From NCBI GenBank assembly GCA_016194285.1, contig JACQBZ010000035.1, positions 385 to 64,384 on the forward strand: a stretch of DNA of 64,000 bases. Direction: 5' to 3'. A program made the translations under genes and the position numbers. Origin of the DNA: Nitrospirota bacterium. Lineage in GTDB: Bacteria; Nitrospirota; Nitrospiria; JACQBZ01. Positions within the stretch are counted from its first letter, which is position 1; each line of letters starts with the position of its first letter. Shown one piece after another: positions 36,233 to 45,235 of the stretch. A model generated the notes under the pieces. That model was not told the origin of the DNA. It saw only the letters and a program-made list of their open reading frames with translations, and searched no databases.

Positions 36233-36731
36233 GGGCGTCGACCTTCCGAACGGGTTTTACGCCCAGGGACTCAAGTTCCCCGACCGCGGCATCGACCACG
36301 CGCGGGAGGACGGCTCGGAGCACCGGGGTGAGATCCAGACCGATTTCACGGACCTCCTGCGGTTGAACGCCGAGAATCCGGGTGAGGGGAAGCCTCCCCA
36401 GGAACCGGGCCACCGACAGCAGTTCCGCGACGCCGACTTCGTGGGCCGAGAAAAAGGGCCCCCGACGCGCGGATAGCTCTTCGGGGGTGAGGTGGTAGAT
36501 CGTCCCCGGCGGTTGCTGTCCGGATACGGCATCGATGATCAAGAGATGCTCCGCCCCTTCGAATTCGGACAGGCAGCGAAGACCGGCCACGCCCCCGTCG
36601 ATCAGCCGGACGCGGGCTGGCAGGTCATAGGTCTCGGCCAGGGTCCGAACGGCCCAAACACCGATGCCGTCATCCTGCATCAGCGTATTGCCCACGCCCA
36701 GAACAACGATGGACGGAGGAGCGCCCGTCAT
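36225..36731 (-). CDS. Hydrogenase maturation endopeptidase (HyaD/HybD/HupD family)
   Basis: VVLGVGNTLMQDDGIGVWAV motif. Follows the cytochrome b subunit with an ATGA overlap. Confidence 0.88.
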   Translation of the reverse strand: MTGAPPSIVVLGVGNTLMQDDGIGVWAVRTLAETYDLPARVRLIDGGVAGLRCLSEFEGAEHLLIIDAVSGQQPPGTIYHLTPEELSARRGPFFSAHEVGVAELLSVARFLGRLPLTRILGVQPQEVREIGLDLTPVLRAVLPRVVDAAVGELESLGVKPVRKVDAHA

Positions 36732-37399
36732 TTGCCGGCGCCTCCCCGACTCTCATGGACCTTGTATTTGTAACCGGTGATCATGGAACGAACCGTATGA
36801 TCGCGATGAATCCAGGTGTACATTGTCGCCATATAGACATGGATCGAGACCGTCACGATGAAGATCCACATCCCGATAAAGTGCCAGATTCGCGTGTAGG
36901 ATTCGCCCCCGAGCAGGAGGTTCACCCAGCCGAAGGCCGCCTGGGCCGAGAAAAGTCCGAAGACCTTCCCGTGGTACAGCGCGAATCCGGTCGCGGCCAT
37001 AAAGAGGATCAGGAACACCCAGAAAAGGTAGGTCAGGGCCTGCATCGGATTGTAACGGCGGTATTTCTTGTGCGTATCCTTGAGAAACAGATAGTACAGC
37101 AGCACGTCGGGGATGTTTTTGATGTTTTTCAAAATGCCAAAGTCCCGCCAGTCCGAGTCGAATGTCGAATTAAAGGCCAGGTAGACGCGCACGACCAACC
37201 CCAGGATAAAAATATAGGCCGCCGCAAAATGAAAAAACCTCATCCAGGCCATGACCGCGATGCCACCCGGCTCGCCACCAGGCAAAAAAGGCCAATGGAT
37301 GTAAAATCCCGTGACGGTCAGGACGGCCAGGGCCAGGACACGGACCCAGTGGTCGATCCGATAGGTCAGGTTCCATTCATACACATACTCGCGCTTCAT
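36728..37399 (-). CDS. Ni/Fe-hydrogenase b-type cytochrome subunit
   Basis: Four TM helices with conserved His (RIDHWVR, FHFAAAYIF, HFIGMW). Start placed at MKREYVYEW, 12 nt after the large-subunit stop. Confidence 0.85.
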   Translation of the reverse strand: MKREYVYEWNLTYRIDHWVRVLALAVLTVTGFYIHWPFLPGGEPGGIAVMAWMRFFHFAAAYIFILGLVVRVYLAFNSTFDSDWRDFGILKNIKNIPDVLLYYLFLKDTHKKYRRYNPMQALTYLFWVFLILFMAATGFALYHGKVFGLFSAQAAFGWVNLLLGGESYTRIWHFIGMWIFIVTVSIHVYMATMYTWIHRDHTVRSMITGYKYKVHESRGGAGK

Positions 37400-37410
37400 G
37401 GATTGCCTCG

Positions 37411-39000
37411 CTACGAAACCCGGACCTTGTAGACCGCGTTGCTTTCCGGGTCGATCACATGGACGGTGCACGCCAAACAGGGGTCAAAGGAATGGGCCAC
37501 GCGTAAGAGTTCCAGCGGCCGCTTGGGATCGGCCACCGGCGTCCCGATGAGGGCCTGTTCAATGGGTCCTTTGACCCCTTTCGCATCGCGGGGCGAGATG
37601 TTCCAGCAGGTCGGGGTGATCACCTGATAGTTGGCCAGCCGCCCCCGCTCGATCTGATTCCAATGTCCCAACGCGCCCCGAGGGGCTTCCCACAAGCCCA
37701 CCCCCTGCGCCTTCTGCGGCAGCTCATACGGGGTAAAGGTCTCCTTCTTTCCGGCCTTGAGATTTTCCATAATTTCGTTGGACCATTCCACCATGGCATC
37801 CGCAATGATCTTGGTCTCCAGGGCCCGCGCGGCGATTCGTCCCACCACGGAACAGAGGACCTCCGGCTTATCGGCGACGCCGAGCTGGCCGAGCGTCTGG
37901 TCAATAAGCTTTTTCGCGCTGGGGTTGCCCTTGGAATAAGCCACAACCATCCGGGCCAGGGCCCCCGTCTCCATCGGCCGGTCCCCGTAGCGGGGCGCTT
38001 TGGCCCAGGTGTATTTCTTTTCGACGTCCCAGGTCGTGAATTCCGGCTCCGTCACGCCCGTGCTCGGATGCTCCGGCGGACCGTTCTTGTACCAGCCGTG
38101 GGCGACGTCTTCCGTGACGGTTTTTTGATCCACTTCTTGAGCCTTGAAGCTGCAGTCCATGACGATCCCGCTGGGCAGAAGCCGGTTTTTCGAATCGAAG
38201 CTCGGAGCGTCGAAAACGCCCCAGGCCAGAAAGTTTCGCGACCCCGCGCCGATGCCGGCGTAGTCGAGGTAATACGGGGCGATCGCCAGGACATCCGGGA
38301 TATAGACATGGTCGACCCAATGCCGGATTTCTTCCAGCCGCGGGATCAGGTTCGCCATGTCATCCAGTGTCGGGATATGGACCGAGCCGCCGGCCGGGGT
38401 CGTCATCGTCATCGGCATCCGGCCGCCGAAGATGGCCGAGATATGGGAGGCCTGGGCCTGCTTGTCCAGCGCCTCAAGGTAATGGGCCACCGCCAGCAGG
38501 TTCAGCTCGGGGGGAAGTTTGTAGGCGGGATGTCCCCAGTAGGCGTTTGCGAACGGACCGAGCTGGCCTCCCTCCACGGATCTTCGCACGCGGGCCTGGA
38601 CGTCTTTTAAATAATGCTCCTTCGTCTCGGCCTTGAGCGCCGAGACGACATCCACGAAATCGAGCGCGGCCAGATGATAGAACCACAGGATATGGGAATG
38701 GAGGAACTGGGCGCCCTCCACCATGTTGCGAACGAGTCGGCCCATTTCGGGAGGATGAATGCCAACCGCACTTTCCAGACAGAGGGCGGCCGCATGGGAA
38801 TGGGAGGTGGGGCAAACGCCGCAGATCCGCTGAGTGATGTGATAGGCATCGCGCGGATCACGGTCTTTCAGGACGATTTCAAACCCGCGGAAAAGGGTCC
38901 CGGAGGCCCAGGCGTCCTTGACCTTTCCCCCTTCCACTTCGACCTCGATGGCCAAGTGCCCCTCGATGCGGGTGATCGGATCAATGATGATACGACTCAT
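37411..39000 (-). CDS. [NiFe] uptake hydrogenase large subunit (group 1, membrane-bound)
   Basis: DPITRIEGH, QRICGVCPTSH and C-terminal DPCLACTVHV motifs. Paired with a Tat-signal small subunit and cytochrome b. Confidence 0.92.
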   Translation of the reverse strand: MSRIIIDPITRIEGHLAIEVEVEGGKVKDAWASGTLFRGFEIVLKDRDPRDAYHITQRICGVCPTSHSHAAALCLESAVGIHPPEMGRLVRNMVEGAQFLHSHILWFYHLAALDFVDVVSALKAETKEHYLKDVQARVRRSVEGGQLGPFANAYWGHPAYKLPPELNLLAVAHYLEALDKQAQASHISAIFGGRMPMTMTTPAGGSVHIPTLDDMANLIPRLEEIRHWVDHVYIPDVLAIAPYYLDYAGIGAGSRNFLAWGVFDAPSFDSKNRLLPSGIVMDCSFKAQEVDQKTVTEDVAHGWYKNGPPEHPSTGVTEPEFTTWDVEKKYTWAKAPRYGDRPMETGALARMVVAYSKGNPSAKKLIDQTLGQLGVADKPEVLCSVVGRIAARALETKIIADAMVEWSNEIMENLKAGKKETFTPYELPQKAQGVGLWEAPRGALGHWNQIERGRLANYQVITPTCWNISPRDAKGVKGPIEQALIGTPVADPKRPLELLRVAHSFDPCLACTVHVIDPESNAVYKVRVS

Positions 39001-39018
39001 GGTTTAGTCCTCCGTCTT

Positions 39019-39137
39019 TTAGGAGCTTGCGTCGCGCCTATCATCTGTGGGGGCCCGTGCGGCTCGCTATTGCGAATTCTCCGATGCCCCCACGCCCCGC
39101 GCTCGGTCTGGCAAAGCCAGAACCTCGCTTTCTCCCT
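39019..39137. repeat. Diverged, expanded copy of the ~90-nt repeat family in the small/large subunit spacer
   Basis: TAGGAGCTTGCGTCGCGCCTA and CTGGCAAAGCCAG hairpins plus a CCTCGCTTTCTCCCTC tail parallel TAGGGGCTCGCGTCGCCCC, CCGGCAAAGCCGG and CCTCCCCCTCTCGC of the full copies. Confidence 0.55.
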
Positions 39138-40355
39138 CTACTTCTTCTTTTTCGATTCGTCCGTTTCCTCTTCGGGCTTTTCCTCCTTAAACCGTCCTTT
39201 GGCGGCCGTGCCGATCGCATGGGCCGCGATGCCCACAGCCGTGGCTGCACCGGCAACGAGGCCGATTTTGTCGGCGCCCGCTTCCACCCCGCCGATTCCC
39301 GGGATCCAGACTTCCGGGAGTCTTTCGTAGAATCCGGCGAATTTGTCTACCCAGTAGGGCTCCGCACAGCCGATGCAGGGAGCCCCCGCCCCAATGCACC
39401 AGCTCACCCGGTCGTTATAGCGCATCTTCGAGCAGTTGGCGTACGTGTCCGGTCCTTTGCAGCCCACCTTGTAGAGGCAGTAGCCGAGTTCTTCTTCCTT
39501 GCTGCCGAACCGCTCCACGAACCGACCCGCATCGAAGTGGGCCCGGCGTTCGCACTGATCATGGATCGTCTGACCGTAAAAGATCTTCGGCCGTCCGTGG
39601 CTGTCCAGTTCCGGAAGTCGGTTATTAATCAGATAATCCGTAATGGTGGCGACGAGAATCCCTTCATTGACGGGGCAGAGATCGAGGTTGATGCATTCCA
39701 CCCCCAGCGCTTCGCGGACCCCTTTCAATCCGGCCGGGTTCGGATTGCCGGCGGGCACTCCGCCCCAGGTGGCGCAGCTTCCCACCGCAATAATCGCCTT
39801 GGCCTTCTGCGCGAACTCCTTGCCGATGTCGATCATGTCGCGACGGGCAACCATTCCATAGCCCCGCTTGGTCGGGATCGCCCCCTCGATGATCAGGATG
39901 TAGCCGCCCTGTTTCAAGGCCCGCTGCAAAATCTCCTCGGCCTGGTAGCCGGCCGCCGCCATAATCGTCTCGTTGAAGTCCAGGCTCAATGTTTCCAGTA
40001 TCAGCTGTGCGGCATTCGGATAGTTGGCCTTGATGAGCGCTTCGGTGCAGCCGGTGTCTGAAGCGAAGTTCAACCAGATCACCGACGGCCGTTGGGCCAT
40101 CGCAGCGACCAACGCCTCGGCGATTTTGGGAACCCACATCGACCCGAGACCGAGGAGAGCCGCCGCGGTCCCGCAGACCTTGAGAAAGTCCCGCCGACTG
40201 ACCCCAAGAATCACCGAAGGTTCATTCCCTTGGACATCGGGCTCCTGAATCACCGGTAATCGGACACCCTTCCGATGACTCATCCCTGCAATGAGAGGCG
40301 GTTCAACCTCTTGAATGATCGGCAACTCCAAAGATGGACCGATATTATTCTGCAT
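39138..40355 (-). CDS. [NiFe] uptake hydrogenase small subunit (Tat signal, C-terminal membrane anchor)
   Basis: SRRDFLK twin-arginine motif, WLNFASDTGCTEA, distal Cys clusters, C-terminal helix IGLVAGAATAVGIAAHAIG. GGAGGA upstream of ATG 40355. Confidence 0.9.
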   Translation of the reverse strand: MQNNIGPSLELPIIQEVEPPLIAGMSHRKGVRLPVIQEPDVQGNEPSVILGVSRRDFLKVCGTAAALLGLGSMWVPKIAEALVAAMAQRPSVIWLNFASDTGCTEALIKANYPNAAQLILETLSLDFNETIMAAAGYQAEEILQRALKQGGYILIIEGAIPTKRGYGMVARRDMIDIGKEFAQKAKAIIAVGSCATWGGVPAGNPNPAGLKGVREALGVECINLDLCPVNEGILVATITDYLINNRLPELDSHGRPKIFYGQTIHDQCERRAHFDAGRFVERFGSKEEELGYCLYKVGCKGPDTYANCSKMRYNDRVSWCIGAGAPCIGCAEPYWVDKFAGFYERLPEVWIPGIGGVEAGADKIGLVAGAATAVGIAAHAIGTAAKGRFKEEKPEEETDESKKKK

Positions 40356-40431
40356 GGCGTCCTCCGTGCAAAACATAAAAGATTATCGTGCGATCTTTCG
40401 ACTACACATGCCTGTATTTCAAACTAAATAG

Positions 40432-40447
40432 TGCAATGCCTGTGCCA
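40432..40447 (-). promoter_or_regulatory. Sigma-54 promoter (TGGCAC-N5-TTGCA) for the uptake hydrogenase operon
   Basis: Minus-strand reading aTGGCACaggcaTTGCAct, with exact GG-N10-GC spacing. About 77 nt upstream of the small-subunit ATG. Confidence 0.8.
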
Positions 40448-40575
40448 TGTCCTGTTCCGGGGAACCGCCGATCTTGTTGCGAACAGAATCGTCCGATAAG
40501 ACGAGGAGATTTATTGGTGGAGTCAATGAAAACAGATCCGGGATGATCCATGATTCAAATTCGCAAATTCGTCTA

Positions 40576-40593
40576 TGTCTATAAAATTGGACA
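40576..40593. promoter_or_regulatory. Candidate enhancer-binding-protein site TGTCTA-N6-TGGACA
   Basis: One mismatch from the TGTCCA-N6-TGGACA palindrome. About 130 nt upstream of the sigma-54 promoter. Confidence 0.45.
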
Positions 40594-40644
40594 TGATTTT
40601 GTGAGAATTTGTCTCATAACCTGAATTTTCTGAGACTTAGGGTG

Positions 40645-40662
40645 CGTCCATGAAGATGGACA
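40645..40662. promoter_or_regulatory. Candidate enhancer-binding-protein site CGTCCA-TGAAGA-TGGACA
   Basis: Near-perfect 18-bp palindrome with the same half-sites and spacing as 51222-51239. About 200 nt upstream of the sigma-54 promoter. Confidence 0.5.
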
Positions 40663-40720
40663 TCTTTACATCTGTTCTTAGACAAGTGGACCGCGTTGGG
40701 GCTGGCCCGGGGACGTGAAC

Positions 40721-42094
40721 TCATTTTGGTCTCTCAAGACGCGTCTCCGCGTCCACCTTGTTGGCCAGGGCGGTGAGGGCTTCCGCAATCTTCACCGGAT
40801 AAGCAGGAACGTCTCGAAACCCGCGGAGCGGCTCGGGCAGATGCGCGAGTTGGTCGGCGGCGTAAGCGCGCAATTCGGTCAGCGGAGCGGGCGGCGCCAG
40901 ACGCCGGCCGGCGCGCATCACCGGATGGATCAGCGGCTCGCCCTCCTCCGAACGGTCGTCGAGTGTGAGGAGATCTTCAATCATCCGGCTGTCCGGGCCG
41001 TACCGTCGAAAGATCTGTTTTCGCCCGGGCCACGTGGCCTTGCCTTCCGAGCGCTTGCGCCGCGCGCGCCCGGCGTATTCTTGGAGTTTATAGGCGCAGT
41101 CCAGATGCGGCGCGTCGGCCGAAGTGACGAGATCCGAACCGATTCCGTAACCGTCGATCGGGGCCGCCGTCTCGATCAGGCTCCGCAAGCGGCCTTCGCC
41201 CAGGTTTCCGCTGGCGAAGATCTTGACGTCGGTCAAACCCCCGTTGTCCAGAATTCGCCGTACTTTCCGTGCATGGTCGCCCAGATCCCCGCTGTCGAGC
41301 CGCACGCCCTTGATCGCGATTCCTTCCGCTGTGAGCCGAGGGGCGAGCGCGACCACCTTCTCGGCCGCCGCCTCCGTGTCGTAGGTGTCCAGCAGAAGCA
41401 TCACGTTGTTCGGCTGCGCGCGGGCAAAATTGATGAAGGCCTCCCGTTCATCGTCATGGGCCTGGATAAAAGAGTGGGCCATGGTACCGTACGCCGGTAC
41501 GCCGAAGAGGAACTCGGCCAGGACGGTGGCCGATCCGGAAAATCCGGCGAGGTATGCGGCCCGCGCCGCCATCAGTCCGGCCTCCGCCCCGTGGGCTCGG
41601 CGTAATCCGAAATCAACCAAGAGTTTTCCGGGCGCCGCCAGGACAAAGCGCGCCGCCTTGGAAGCGATCAGGGTTTGGAAGTGGAGGAGATTGATCAGGC
41701 GGGTTTCGATCAGTTGCGCCTGCGGAAGCGGTGCGGTCACCCGTAGGATCGGCTCATGGGGAAAGAAGAGGGTTCCTTCCGGCATGGCATGGACATCGCC
41801 GGTAAACCGGAGCCGTTCAAGATAGTCGACAAAATTCCGACTGAACCGGCCGCTCCGCGCCAGCCATTCCAGCTCCGGTGGAGTAAAACGCAGCCGCTCC
41901 AGATAATCCAGCGACTGCTGAAGGCCGGCGGCCATCAGGAACCCGCGGCTTGGCGGAAGTTTACGCACAAAGAATTCGAAGACCGCCGTCTCTTCCATTC
42001 CCCGGTCAAAATAACCCTGGAGCATCGTGAGCTGGTAGAGATCGGTGAGCAGGACGCTGGAATCGGACTCCATCGGGCGTTGATCCTTGGCCAA
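40721..42094 (-). CDS. pncB: Nicotinate phosphoribosyltransferase
   Basis: LLTDLYQLTMLQGYF N-terminal signature and overall NAPRTase-like length (457 aa). Confidence 0.85.
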   Translation of the reverse strand: MAKDQRPMESDSSVLLTDLYQLTMLQGYFDRGMEETAVFEFFVRKLPPSRGFLMAAGLQQSLDYLERLRFTPPELEWLARSGRFSRNFVDYLERLRFTGDVHAMPEGTLFFPHEPILRVTAPLPQAQLIETRLINLLHFQTLIASKAARFVLAAPGKLLVDFGLRRAHGAEAGLMAARAAYLAGFSGSATVLAEFLFGVPAYGTMAHSFIQAHDDEREAFINFARAQPNNVMLLLDTYDTEAAAEKVVALAPRLTAEGIAIKGVRLDSGDLGDHARKVRRILDNGGLTDVKIFASGNLGEGRLRSLIETAAPIDGYGIGSDLVTSADAPHLDCAYKLQEYAGRARRKRSEGKATWPGRKQIFRRYGPDSRMIEDLLTLDDRSEEGEPLIHPVMRAGRRLAPPAPLTELRAYAADQLAHLPEPLRGFRDVPAYPVKIAEALTALANKVDAETRLERPK

Positions 42095-42131
42095 TTGTGA
42101 AAGGACCCGAACGGGGGCGTTGAAGGCCGGA

Positions 42132-44585
42132 CTACTCTGTCAGGCTTTCGTCAAGCGGTTCCAAGCTCGAAGCCCGGATGGAGCGGGGCCGGTCGGCCTC
42201 CATCGCGCGTATTTTTTCATTCATGTCGGTCAGGCGCTTCATGATCGCCGCGTTGAGGGTGCCGGCCGGGTATTTTCCGTCCGGTTGCAGATCTCCGGCG
42301 GGATGACCCGTTAGAATCTCCATCGCCTCATCCACCGTCGAAGCCGCATACACGTGGAATTGGCCCGAGGCCGCGGCCTCCACGACCTCGTCATTCAACA
42401 TCAGGTGCTTGAGATTCCGGCTGGGAATGATCACGCCCTGGTCCTTTGTCAACCCCCGGGCCTTGCAGACGGCAAAGAAGCCTTCGATCTTCTCGTTCAC
42501 GCCGCCGATGGCTTGAAGCTCGCCCCGTTGATTCACCGAGCCCGTGATGGCGATCCCCTGACGGAGGGGAATATCGGAAAGGGCGGACAGGAGGGCAATC
42601 AATTCGGCGGCCGAGGCGCTGTCGCCCTCCACCTCGCCGTAGCTCTGCTCAAAGCAGAGGCTCGCCGAGAGCGACAACGGAATTTCCCGAGCATAACGGC
42701 CGCCCAGATACCCCGAAAGGATCATCACGCCTTTGTTATGCGTCCTCCCGCTGAGCTTGGCTTCCCGCTCGATATTGACGATACCGGAGGGGCCCAGAAA
42801 AACCCGTGCCGTGATGCGGGAAGGACGGCCAAAAGAGAAATCGCCCAGCTCATAAACGGAAAGCCCGTTGATCTGACCCACGATGGCCCCGGACAGATCC
42901 ACCATGAGGGTTCCCTCCGCGATCAACTCTTGGATCTGCTGCTCCAACAGATTGGATCGGTAGTTTTTTTCCTCTACGGCCTTCTGAACATGCCGGCGTG
43001 AAACACGGGCGGCGCCCTCGGAATGAGCCCAGTGGCTCGACTCCCGGATCAAATCCGTGAGTTCGCTGAAACGGAGGGAGAGTTTTCCCTGGTGATTCGC
43101 CCACCGGGAAGTTTGCTCCAAGAGGGCGGCCACCGCGGTTCGATCGAAATGGAGCAATCCCTCTTCTCGGCAAATCCGTCCGACGAAACGAGCGTACTGG
43201 AGCGGAGCGTCGGCATCGCGATGCCGCTCCATCTCGAAGTCGACCCTCACCTTATAAAGCTTCCCGAAATCCTCGTCGTAGGCATGGAGCAGGTAATAGA
43301 TCAGCGGATTCCCGATCAGGACCACTCGCAGATGCACCGGGATCGGCTCCGGCTTGATGCCGGCGGAGGCAATGACTCCGTAGAGTTCACCGATGTCCTC
43401 AATTTTGACCTCTTGGTTTTTGATCACGCGCTTGAGCGCGTCCCAAGTGAAGGGACTCCGAAGAACATCTAATACGTTCAAAAGCAGGTACCCGCCGTTG
43501 GCCTGAAGAAGGGAGCCGGTTTTAATCAAGGTGAAGTCCGTGTACAGGGTTCCCAATCGGCCTTTCTTTTCGATGCGGCCGATCAGGTTGTTGTACGTGG
43601 GATTCCCCTCCTCCACCAGCGGCGCGCCCTGGGTTCCGGCGTTATCCACGATCACATTCACCGCATAACGGATCATCGATTTCCGCGGAGACTCGATCTC
43701 CAGACCGGGAATCCGAATCGGCGTCTCCTGCTCGGGAAGGAAGTCCTTGAAGTTTTCCAGGACATCCTGCTGGACGGCCTGGATGTAGTCCATCACTTTG
43801 GGAAAAGCCCGATAGTTCTTCCGCAAGCTATCGAAGGCATGCTCGGAGGTGAAGTGCGCCGCCTGACGGTCCAGCTCCGCGACCTTCTGATGCATCTCTT
43901 CCCGCAGCGAGCGGATTTGCTGAACGAGGGTGTGGATATGTTCGTGAAGATTCTTTTGCTTCCGTTCGATCTCGTCGCGGGTCCTGGCGTCCAGCGCCTC
44001 AACCTGTTCGGCCTCTATCGGTTTCCCTCTGACCACGGGAACCACCGCCATTCCAAACGGGGTGCTCTTGATAATGAATCCATACTCTCGGGCCTGTTCC
44101 TCCAGTTGATTCGTGAGGCTGTCACGGGCCTTCGAAAAAGTTTCCTCTAAATGTCTCCGCTGGTCTTCATACTCCTTGCTCTGGAACACCCTTGAAAGCT
44201 CAGCCTGGAGAGCGCCGATGAGACGTTCCATATCCCGCTGAAACTCCCGTCCTTTCCCCGCGGGCAGGTTCAACGCTTTCGGACGATCCGGATCCTGAAA
44301 GTTATGGACATAGCACCAATCATCCGGGGTGGGCTGCGTTTCGGCCACCCGCTTGATCATGGACTTTACGATCGTGTTCTTTCCCGTCCCCGGAACTCCG
44401 GAAACGTAGATGTTGTATCCCCGGTCCTGAATGTGCAGACCAAAGTCGATCGCTCGAACAGCCCGTTCCTGCCCGATGACGGCGTCTTGCGGGACCAGTT
44501 CTTCTGTGGTCGTGAAAGTAAATTGATCCGGATCAATGCGAGCGCGGAGGCTGTCGGAAGAAACCTCCCAGCGGTTCAAGGTCAT
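42132..44585 (-). CDS. Lon-like (LonC-type) AAA+ protease with long helical insertion
   Basis: IGQERAVRAIDFGL, GVPGTGKNT Walker A, C-terminal Lon S16 domain (ITGSVNQRGELQAIGGVNEKIEGFF). Start at MTLNRW, GGAGAG upstream. Confidence 0.8.
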   Translation of the reverse strand: MTLNRWEVSSDSLRARIDPDQFTFTTTEELVPQDAVIGQERAVRAIDFGLHIQDRGYNIYVSGVPGTGKNTIVKSMIKRVAETQPTPDDWCYVHNFQDPDRPKALNLPAGKGREFQRDMERLIGALQAELSRVFQSKEYEDQRRHLEETFSKARDSLTNQLEEQAREYGFIIKSTPFGMAVVPVVRGKPIEAEQVEALDARTRDEIERKQKNLHEHIHTLVQQIRSLREEMHQKVAELDRQAAHFTSEHAFDSLRKNYRAFPKVMDYIQAVQQDVLENFKDFLPEQETPIRIPGLEIESPRKSMIRYAVNVIVDNAGTQGAPLVEEGNPTYNNLIGRIEKKGRLGTLYTDFTLIKTGSLLQANGGYLLLNVLDVLRSPFTWDALKRVIKNQEVKIEDIGELYGVIASAGIKPEPIPVHLRVVLIGNPLIYYLLHAYDEDFGKLYKVRVDFEMERHRDADAPLQYARFVGRICREEGLLHFDRTAVAALLEQTSRWANHQGKLSLRFSELTDLIRESSHWAHSEGAARVSRRHVQKAVEEKNYRSNLLEQQIQELIAEGTLMVDLSGAIVGQINGLSVYELGDFSFGRPSRITARVFLGPSGIVNIEREAKLSGRTHNKGVMILSGYLGGRYAREIPLSLSASLCFEQSYGEVEGDSASAAELIALLSALSDIPLRQGIAITGSVNQRGELQAIGGVNEKIEGFFAVCKARGLTKDQGVIIPSRNLKHLMLNDEVVEAAASGQFHVYAASTVDEAMEILTGHPAGDLQPDGKYPAGTLNAAIMKRLTDMNEKIRAMEADRPRSIRASSLEPLDESLTE

Positions 44586-44619
44586 GGCATCTCTCCAGTG
44601 ATAACGCTTGGAGGAGAAC

Positions 44620-44647
44620 TTTATCCGGTTTGGCCGTTCAATGTCAA
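44620..44647 (-). promoter_or_regulatory. Possible sigma-70-type promoter (TTGACA-N16-GATAAA) for the Lon-like gene
   Basis: Minus-strand TTGACAttgaacggccaaaccgGATAAA, about 35 nt upstream of ATG 44585. Sequence match only. Confidence 0.3.
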
Positions 44648-45235
44648 TGTCTTGATTCGAAAAGACGCATGCGGGGGCCGCGTGAATAAAAAAAACCGAA
44701 CCCACCGGCTCTCGTGGAATTCGGTATTTTAAAAAAGAAGGCATCGTCCCAAACGCTCACCTTTCGTCCGTCGGTCCGAATATCGACCGGTCGGTTTGCT
44801 GCGACCCTTATGGGCTGTCGCCGCATTCCCTCACCGGTTTTCTTCGGTCCGGTTACGCACCTAACGGTGCTGCGGACACGTCGAACGTCGACAGGCTTTC
44901 TTCGGGACGGTGCCATTGACCGCGATGCCGTTTTGAAGTCGTTGAACCTGAGGCTTTGGTCTACGTGGGTGCTCTTTTCGACCCCCATCCGTCTCCGACA
45001 GGAAAGGGGGAAGGCTCCCATTCTTTAGCTGATCCCAAAGGTCAACCAACCGTCACAAACACCGCAGTCTTATTCTTTTTTCAAAGAACACGCTCTCTGA
45101 TCCACTATTATAATACACCCCTGAAATGACAAATGTCAACTCCCGCTGCGTTTCAACCATTTGATATTACAGCGTTTTATCAAACAAAATTTCATGAACT
45201 TTTTTAAAAAAATCGCCGGGCCTGGCCGTTTCGGA

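Noticed and set aside
37411-39000. Possibility of a [NiFeSe] hydrogenase or an in-frame UGA selenocysteine
   Set aside because: The C-terminal motif is DPCLACTVH with Cys at the relevant position, and the ORF is uninterrupted. No in-frame TGA was seen in either large subunit.
42132-44585. Lon-like protease as BrxL of a BREX defence system
   Set aside because: There are no PglX methyltransferase, PglZ, BrxA/B/C or other defence genes nearby. The neighbours are pncB and stress genes. The architecture (AAA+ with long insertion plus S16 domain, about 817 aa) fits housekeeping LonC-type proteases.
44745-45235. Possible RNase P RNA, tmRNA, SRP RNA or 6S RNA in the ORF-free gap
   Set aside because: On either strand I found none of these signatures:
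- the RNase P core (GGAAAGUCCGGGCUCC, ACAGAA-CCGGCUUA)
- tmRNA ends (GGGG..UUCGAC, T-loop GGUUCAAxUCC..CCA) or a plausible tag ORF
- the SRP motif (GGAAGCAGCC)

The gap is kept only as an unexplained region.
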